A stretch of 64,000 nucleotides of DNA from Acidobacteriota bacterium. Lineage in GTDB: Bacteria > Acidobacteriota > UBA4820. The DNA lies in assembly GCA_029559035.1 (NCBI GenBank), contig JAKQCT010000011.1, forward strand, positions 1,512 through 65,511, written 5' to 3'. A model generated the notes under the pieces. That model had not been told where the DNA came from. It searched no databases and was given only the letters and a program-made list of their open reading frames with translations. Of the stretch, positions 8,972 to 15,223 are shown in pieces (within the stretch, counting starts at the first letter, position 1; each line of letters opens with the position of its first letter). A program made the translations under genes and the position numbers.

Positions 8972-10536
8972 GAGACCGGCTAAACGAATCCGTCGCGATC
9001 AAACTGACCGTTATCATAACCGCGGGACTTCTCACGCTCGGCACCGTCGCGATATGGTACAGCTACCGCGTCCAGGAAAAGCAGTTTACCGGGCTTCTCG
9101 AGGCCGGAGGGGAAAAGCTCTCCGCGATGGCAGCGGAAGCGGTCGAACGGGGAATGCTGGATGGAGACAGGAAGTCCATCCGGGAAAAAGTGAAGTTGCT
9201 CGGCGCGCAGCGCGACGTGATACACATCCGGATAACCGGTCCGGATGGAGCGGCGGCTTTCTCGTCCGTTGAAGGGGACACGGGCGCGTCAGCGGGATCG
9301 TCCCCGGCGCCGGGCAGGGAAATATTGAGGATAGAAGCGTCGGGAAAGCTCCCCGCGTACAGGGTGCTGGACATGACGACTCCCATTTCAAGCAGTCCAG
9401 GATGCCTCAATTCTTCGTGCCACTTTCACAAGGCCGGCGGGCAGGCGCTTGGATTCGTCCGGGTTAGGCTCAGTCTCGATGCCTACGATCATATGCGCAG
9501 GCAGAGGTCCCTGAGGCTCATCATCGTGGGGCTGACCGGGATAATCCTGATAGCGCTCCTCGTTTTTTTCGCGGCCCACAAGCTTGTCCACGAGCCCGTG
9601 AGGGAGATCATCAGGGGAGTGAAAGAGGTTTCGATCGGCAACTACTCTTCGCGCGTCATGGAGATGAGCCGGGACGAACTCGGGACGCTGGCAAAGAATT
9701 TCAACAAGATGACGCAGGAGCTTCACAAGGCGAGGGCGGAGCTGATGGATTACGCCAACACCCTCGAATTCAGGGCGAGCCGGAAGGCCGAGGAACTCGA
9801 AAAAGCGCAGATGAGGATGCTCCAGGCGGAAAAAATGGTTTCCCTCGGGAAGCTTGCCGCCGTAGCCGCCGATGAATTGGAAGCGCCCGTCAGGGAAGTC
9901 GCTGAAAACGCGAAACGCCTGGCTGAGGAGATGAACCGCGGGGAAACGGGAGGCGGGGAGCTTGAAGAAAAGAGACGGAACCTGGAGTCGATAATATCCG
10001 GCGCGAAATCATGCATGAAAGCTCTCGAAGAACTTATCGCGTTCTCGAAAGAGGAGAGAGAGAGTCTCGAAAGATGCAGCCTTGCGGGGATCGCCGAAGA
10101 AGCGGCGGCGCTTCTCCGCCAGAGAGCGGGAGAAACAGTCCTCAGGGTAACAGTAGAAAAAAGCGCAGGCCCGATGTTTGTGAAAGCCGACAGGTCCCGC
10201 CTTCTCCAGGCCGTAGTGGCCCTCCTTGTGAACGCCTCGGAGGCCGCGAAAGGGCAGGACGGGGGGAATGTGGCGATCAGCTTCTCACGAGTTCCCGGTT
10301 TCGTGAGAATGGTGGTCGAAGACGACGGGCCGGGGATGGAACATGAAGTCGCGCAGAAGGTTTTCGAGCCGTTCTTTTCCACGAAGGAGACCCTTTCCTC
10401 GTTCGGGCTGGGGCTTTCGGTCGTGAGCGGCATAATCACCAAGCACAACGGTAAGATAGGCCTCGAGACGGCGCCGGGCAAGGGGGCGAAATTCACGATA
10501 GATCTTCCCGCCGCCGACGGGGAGGGCGCGAAGTGA
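8968..10536 (+). CDS. Membrane sensor histidine-kinase-like protein (2 TM, periplasmic loop, HAMP, DHp, HATPase) with degenerate H-box
   Basis: 522 aa. TM1 residues ~12-33, TM2 ~183-204. HAMP region (ELGTLAKNFNKMTQEL). N, G1, F and G2 boxes are intact (LLVNASEA, DDGPGM, FEPFFSTK, GLGLSV). The H-box reads LAAVAADELEAPV, with GAT (Asp) at 9871-9873 where His is expected. CLNSSCH at 9403-9423 lies in the periplasmic loop. Confidence 0.85.
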   Translation: MRDRLNESVAIKLTVIITAGLLTLGTVAIWYSYRVQEKQFTGLLEAGGEKLSAMAAEAVERGMLDGDRKSIREKVKLLGAQRDVIHIRITGPDGAAAFSSVEGDTGASAGSSPAPGREILRIEASGKLPAYRVLDMTTPISSSPGCLNSSCHFHKAGGQALGFVRVRLSLDAYDHMRRQRSLRLIIVGLTGIILIALLVFFAAHKLVHEPVREIIRGVKEVSIGNYSSRVMEMSRDELGTLAKNFNKMTQELHKARAELMDYANTLEFRASRKAEELEKAQMRMLQAEKMVSLGKLAAVAADELEAPVREVAENAKRLAEEMNRGETGGGELEEKRRNLESIISGAKSCMKALEELIAFSKEERESLERCSLAGIAEEAAALLRQRAGETVLRVTVEKSAGPMFVKADRSRLLQAVVALLVNASEAAKGQDGGNVAISFSRVPGFVRMVVEDDGPGMEHEVAQKVFEPFFSTKETLSSFGLGLSVVSGIITKHNGKIGLETAPGKGAKFTIDLPAADGEGAK

Positions 10537-10901
10537 GAAAGATGGCCTTGCCCGCGATCATAGTGGCTTTTTGTCTGATTCTCTTGGCGCAGGCTCGGGG
10601 ACCCTCAGCCCCCGCGAGCCCGATAAAAATAGACAAGCTGTCCTACTGGTTCGACGGCGTCTCTTTCAGCCATCCGAAACATTCCGCAGCGGCATGCGGG
10701 AAATGCCACCACATGGGTTTCGAAGGAGGTTCCGGTTGCTCGTCATGCCACCCGAAGGAGAAGACATCGCCGTCCGAGGTCTCCCTCAAGGACGCCTATC
10801 ACGGCGTTTGCCTTCCGTGTCACACCGCGAAAGGCAAGGATGTAAAAGAAGGCTGCGAGAACTGCCACAAGGCCCGAAAACTGGCTGTGCCGAAAAAATA
10901 A
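10533..10901 (+). CDS. Periplasmic tetrahaem cytochrome c3-type protein
   Basis: 122 aa. Signal peptide MRKMALPAIIVAFCLILLAQA. Four CXXCH motifs (CGKCH, CSSCH, CLPCH, CENCH). Eight His in total, as needed for four bis-His haems. Confidence 0.85.
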   Translation: MRKMALPAIIVAFCLILLAQARGPSAPASPIKIDKLSYWFDGVSFSHPKHSAAACGKCHHMGFEGGSGCSSCHPKEKTSPSEVSLKDAYHGVCLPCHTAKGKDVKEGCENCHKARKLAVPKK

Positions 10902-10997
10902 GTGATCGCGATTTCACCGAAGAAAGCTATGAAAGAACAAATGCTGTTATCTTTTCTTATAGGGCGGGTTTCGAACCCGTCCCTACGGTACCCAACA

Positions 10998-11128
10998 TTC
11001 CCTATCGACATCGACCCTTCAGCCGTCAGCCTTCAGACTTCAGCTCTAGCGACAGCCGTACGGCTGCGCATTAATTGAAAATTGAAAATTGATGGAATCA
11101 ATATCCTTATCGAACTTCAGGCTTCAGC
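10998..11128. repeat. Intergenic composite repeat: IS-end-like element (copy A) with CTTCAG iterations and a 14-nt palindrome
   Basis: 11076-11128 (TGAAAATTGAAAATTGATGGAATCAATATCCTTATCGAACTTCAGGCTTCAGC) aligns at roughly 80% by eye with 59999-60067, next to the IS3 transposase relic. A partial second copy (TTCCCTATCGA..CTTCAGCCGT) sits at 10998-11026. Perfect palindrome CAGCCGTACGGCTG at 11053-11066. Five CTTCAG motifs within about 115 nt. Confidence 0.45.
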
Positions 11129-11187
11129 ATTAAGCCTTCTGCGCCGGCGTCAGCCAAGTAAACGTGTTTCATTTGTTTAACACAAGC

Positions 11188-11216
11188 TTGATTTTTCGAC
11201 GACAAAGCCATATATT
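11188..11216 (+). promoter_or_regulatory. Sigma70-type promoter of the Kelch gene pair
   Basis: TTGATT (11188-11193), 17 nt, TATATT (11211-11216). GGGGG RBS 6 nt before ATG 11239. Confidence 0.5.
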
Positions 11217-11238
11217 GAAATCTTAACGGGGGTTCAAA

Positions 11239-14200
11239 ATGAAAAGAGGCATGGTCTTTCTGTCCGCTCTTTTATTGGGAGCGATCGGCATTAATGTTTC
11301 TTCGCGCGAACCGCTAACTTTTCATGAGCGTGTGAAGGCGCAGGAGGCGATAGAGCGGGTCTATTACAACCACCGCATCTGGCCGAAAGAGAATCCTCAA
11401 CCCAAACCTCCCTTTGAAAAGATGGTCCCGAAGGAAGTGATCGAAGCGAAAGTGACCGATTATCTTAAGAAGTGCTCTGCCCTCGACCAATTCTGGCAGA
11501 GGCCAATAATCGCGAGCCAGCTCCAAGCCGAAATGGACCGCATGGCAAAAGGAACAAAAGCCCCGCAGATCTTAAACGAATTGTTCGCCGCGCTGAATAA
11601 CGACCCGTATTTGATAGCAGAGTGCCTTGCCCGTCCCGTCCTCGCCGACAGGCTGATCCATAACTGGTATGCGAATGATACCCGATTCCATCAAGAAGCG
11701 AGGGAGAAAGCCGAAGAAGCCTTGAAATTGCTGACACCGGAAAACTTCGCGTTCCTGGATATCGGAGAATACTCAACTGTCACTTATAAATTGGAGAAGG
11801 AAAGCGAAGAAACTTTTGCGGAGAATCCCGAAGAGCAAAGTAATGTTATCCGACTTCCGCAGGATGAATGGGAAGAAACGCTGTCAAAGTATCCCCAGCA
11901 GGGAGGAATTTCCTCAGTAATTGAATCTGACCTGGCATTCACCATAACGCACGCTGTCCGGCTGTGTACTGATGAAATGGTTGTCGAGATAAGAAGCTTT
12001 CCAAAGAAGAGCTTCAGCAAATGGTGGGGAGAAGAGGTTGTCGCTCTTGAACAGAGTAATAGTTTGCCGGAAACAGGATCATACTCCTTTATGCTCCCTC
12101 ATCCCGAAGCTGCGTGCGAATCAGAGTGGAGACATTCGAGCCTGAACGCAATTCTTGAAAAAAGATACTGTCACACCGCCATTTGGACCGGCACTGAGAT
12201 GATCATCTGGGGGGGGGTGGTGATGGAACAAGTAAATGACGGCGCAAGATACAATCCCTCTATCGATACATGGACGGCTGTTTCAAGAGGGACAAATTGC
12301 CCCTCGCCGAGAAGTTTTCAAACAGCTATTTGGACCGGAACCGAGATGATAATTTGGGGTGGATACTATTATCTTGGAGGATACACCTATTTGAACACGG
12401 GAGGAAAGTATAATCCTTCAACTGATAGCTGGACGATCACTTCTGCGGGAACAAATTGCCCGTCATCCAGAGCCGGTCACGTAGCTGTCTGGTCAGGTTC
12501 CGAAATGATAATCTGGGGGGGCGAAGGTGGCAGCACGAGCTTCAATACGGGTGGACGCTATAACCCATCGACGGATAATTGGATTCCGACATCTACTACA
12601 ATCAATTGTCCTGGAGCAGCTAGAGGCTATTCGGCCATATGGACAGGAACTGAGATGATTATTTGGGGGGGGTATAGAGCAAGCTATACGAATGAAGGCA
12701 ACCGTTACAACCCAACGACAGATAGTTGGACCCTTACTTCCACGGGTACTAATTGTCCCTCAGAACGTACTGAACACACAGCAGTATGGACCGGAACTGA
12801 AATGATAATCTGGGGTGGTAAATATGCCGGCAGCTACTTAAACACAGGTGGATGCTATAACCCCACAACAGATACATGGACCGCCACTTCAACGGCAACT
12901 GATTGTCCCACCGCCCGCAATATTCACACTGCGGTATGGACAAACAATGAAATGATCATTTGGGGTGGCTACGCTGGAGTTAGGGGGTTAAATTCAGGGA
13001 GTCGATACAATCCCGTTACAAACACGTGGATACCAACCTCCACTGATACTAATTGTCCCTATGGTCGAATAAATCATACTGTTCTTTGGACAGGGAGCGA
13101 GATGATTGTATGGGGTGGTCGTGGATCCTATTCCCTTGATGGATATGATAGTGGGGGAAAGTATGATCCGCTGACCGACAGCTGGGTTCCCACCGCAGTG
13201 CCTGCAGGATCCGAACCGACCTACCGTGGAGGAACTGCTATTTGGACAGGATTAGAAATGATCATTTGGGGAGCGACGGGTGGTCGATATAATCCCTCAA
13301 CAGACAGCTGGACGGCGACATCCACAGGGACGAATTGCCCTTCCGCGCGTTATGGCCACACTGCAATCTGGACGGGAACGGAAATGATAGTATGGGGCGG
13401 ATATGATACATACTATCTTAAGACAGGTGGAAGATACAATCCTGTTTCTGATAGCTGGACAAGCACATCTACTGGAGTAAATTGTCCGACGGTTCGAGAT
13501 TATCATAGCGCTGTCTGGACCGGTACGAAAATGATTATTTGGGGTGGAATAAGCGGAAATTACACGAACACGGGGGGGCAGTATGATTCCCAAGCAGATA
13601 GCTGGACGGCAACCTCGACAGATACTATTTGCCCTTCAGCAAGGCGTTCACATTCCGTTATTTGGACAGGTTCCGAAATGATAGTTTGGGGTGGATACTT
13701 TTATCTTGGAGGATACAAATATTTGAACACGGGAGGAAAGTATAATCCTTCTACAGATATCTGGACCGCCACTTCCACAGGAACGGACTGCCCATCAGCT
13801 CGAAGCTGCAAATCAGTCTGGATAAACGGTGAAATGATCATCTGGGGAGGGTATTCAGGAAGTAACTACCTAAACACTGGAGGCCGTTACAATCCCGTAA
13901 CCGACAATTGGATCCCGACGTCCACCGGAGCATACTGCCCTACTGGACGCGACAATCACACAGCAATCTGGACAGGCTCTGAGATGATTGTTTGGGCAGG
14001 CAATAACTATGATGTTTGTCTCAATACTGGAGGAAGGTACTTACATTCGACCGACACCTGGATCACAACATCAACGGGCACGAACTGCCCGGCGGGACGC
14101 CAGGGCCATGTCGCCGTCTGGACAGGGACAGAGATGATAATCTGGGGAGGAGGTCTTTCCGGCGGAGGAATATACTCGCCTCCGCCTGCTATAACCGGGA

Positions 14201-15210
14201 CCGCTGCTGGTTGTTACGGCGCAAGCGCTGTTACTCTTTCAACAGGAAGCAATCCGGGATACCAATGGTTAAAAGATGGATCCCCTATCGACGGCGCGAC
14301 CGGTCAGAACTGCATTGTCACAGAGGACGGCGATTATTCCGTCAGGATCACAAGACGGGACGGATGCACGGTCGATTCGAGCCCATACACTGTATCTTTC
14401 CTGTCTGCGCCGATGCCGACGGTGACGGGCAATTTCACGGGGTGCGTTGGCGTGGGGGCCGCGCTTTCAACTCAATTATATTCCTCTTACCAATGGATTA
14501 AGGACGGCCTTGATATTTCCGGCGCGACGAACCAGGACTACACTGCGACGGAAGCCGGTTCATACTCGGTGCGCGTGGCGGGAAGCAACGGTTGCAGCAG
14601 AACATCTCCCGCACAGATAGTGACCATCCTGCCCGGCCCCACGCCGGTGATCACAGGCCCCGACAGCGGGTGCGGAAGCGTCAATTTGAGCACGGACCCT
14701 TATTCGACATATCAATGGAAACTTAACGGGATAGACATTTCTAACGCCACATCACAGAGCTATGACGCCAACGTGTCGGGAGACTATTCGGTTGAAGTAA
14801 TTACCTCCGAGGGATGCCAGGGTACATCATCTGAAAAAACGGTTTCCATCACTTTCTGCTCCACTTCCGAAGTCAGCCCGAAAGCAGCCGTCTATCCTTC
14901 CAGGTTCTCAAAAGACTCCGGCTCATCGACGGGCTATTATCTCTACTTCCAGAAGATCGACGGAGTGACAGGCTACAATATTTATGAGGGAACTATGGGC
15001 AGCTGGTACAGCCATTCCGGCCAGCCCGGCAATGTCTGCGCGGCGACCGTCACGGACCTCGGGACCGGCGAGATGAGGGCCGAGATAGCCCCGAGCGCGG
15101 GGGATCACTATTATCTAGTGACGGCGTACGCCGGAAGCTACGAAGGGCCGAGCGGGTATAATTCGGGCAACGTCGAGATCGACCCGCTTCTCAGTTCGTG
15201 CAGTCCGTAA
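11239..15210 (+). CDS. Secreted giant multidomain protein K1: unknown N-domain, 14 Kelch-type blades, 3 Ig-like repeats, unknown C-terminal FN3-like domain
   Basis: 1323 aa. Signal peptide MKRGMVFLSALLLGAIGINVSS. 14 repeats of the type R..HTAVWTGTEMIIWGG..NTGGRYNP.TDSW (GG doublet, Y and W of Kelch). 3 repeats C..LST..YQW.KDG..I.GAT.Q.Y..G.YSV.V..GC. The last ~115 aa are shared with K2. Confidence 0.9.
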   Translation: MKRGMVFLSALLLGAIGINVSSREPLTFHERVKAQEAIERVYYNHRIWPKENPQPKPPFEKMVPKEVIEAKVTDYLKKCSALDQFWQRPIIASQLQAEMDRMAKGTKAPQILNELFAALNNDPYLIAECLARPVLADRLIHNWYANDTRFHQEAREKAEEALKLLTPENFAFLDIGEYSTVTYKLEKESEETFAENPEEQSNVIRLPQDEWEETLSKYPQQGGISSVIESDLAFTITHAVRLCTDEMVVEIRSFPKKSFSKWWGEEVVALEQSNSLPETGSYSFMLPHPEAACESEWRHSSLNAILEKRYCHTAIWTGTEMIIWGGVVMEQVNDGARYNPSIDTWTAVSRGTNCPSPRSFQTAIWTGTEMIIWGGYYYLGGYTYLNTGGKYNPSTDSWTITSAGTNCPSSRAGHVAVWSGSEMIIWGGEGGSTSFNTGGRYNPSTDNWIPTSTTINCPGAARGYSAIWTGTEMIIWGGYRASYTNEGNRYNPTTDSWTLTSTGTNCPSERTEHTAVWTGTEMIIWGGKYAGSYLNTGGCYNPTTDTWTATSTATDCPTARNIHTAVWTNNEMIIWGGYAGVRGLNSGSRYNPVTNTWIPTSTDTNCPYGRINHTVLWTGSEMIVWGGRGSYSLDGYDSGGKYDPLTDSWVPTAVPAGSEPTYRGGTAIWTGLEMIIWGATGGRYNPSTDSWTATSTGTNCPSARYGHTAIWTGTEMIVWGGYDTYYLKTGGRYNPVSDSWTSTSTGVNCPTVRDYHSAVWTGTKMIIWGGISGNYTNTGGQYDSQADSWTATSTDTICPSARRSHSVIWTGSEMIVWGGYFYLGGYKYLNTGGKYNPSTDIWTATSTGTDCPSARSCKSVWINGEMIIWGGYSGSNYLNTGGRYNPVTDNWIPTSTGAYCPTGRDNHTAIWTGSEMIVWAGNNYDVCLNTGGRYLHSTDTWITTSTGTNCPAGRQGHVAVWTGTEMIIWGGGLSGGGIYSPPPAITGTAAGCYGASAVTLSTGSNPGYQWLKDGSPIDGATGQNCIVTEDGDYSVRITRRDGCTVDSSPYTVSFLSAPMPTVTGNFTGCVGVGAALSTQLYSSYQWIKDGLDISGATNQDYTATEAGSYSVRVAGSNGCSRTSPAQIVTILPGPTPVITGPDSGCGSVNLSTDPYSTYQWKLNGIDISNATSQSYDANVSGDYSVEVITSEGCQGTSSEKTVSITFCSTSEVSPKAAVYPSRFSKDSGSSTGYYLYFQKIDGVTGYNIYEGTMGSWYSHSGQPGNVCAATVTDLGTGEMRAEIAPSAGDHYYLVTAYAGSYEGPSGYNSGNVEIDPLLSSCSP

Positions 15211-15223
15211 TAAGGGGGTTAAG

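Noticed and set aside
10961-10985. tRNA T-arm-like hairpin GGGCGGG-TTTCGAA-CCCGTCCC after the cytochrome gene
   Set aside because: The flanks give no acceptor, D or anticodon stems on either strand. It is more likely a weak terminator-type hairpin (no T-run) or part of the repeat relic.
11071-11096. Tandem ATTGAAA/GTGAAAA octamers (also at 60011-60030) as a possible CRISPR or microsatellite
   Set aside because: There are only two or three 8-nt units with no spacers. They are better explained as the internal structure of an IS terminal region.
14860-15210. Known sorting signals at the K1/K2 C-termini (T9SS CTD, PEP-CTERM, MYXO-CTERM, LPXTG, autotransporter barrel)
   Set aside because: There is no terminal TM plus basic tail, no PEP or LPXTG motif, no T9SS CTD-like pattern that I recognise, and the domain is too short and not amphipathic-beta enough for a barrel.
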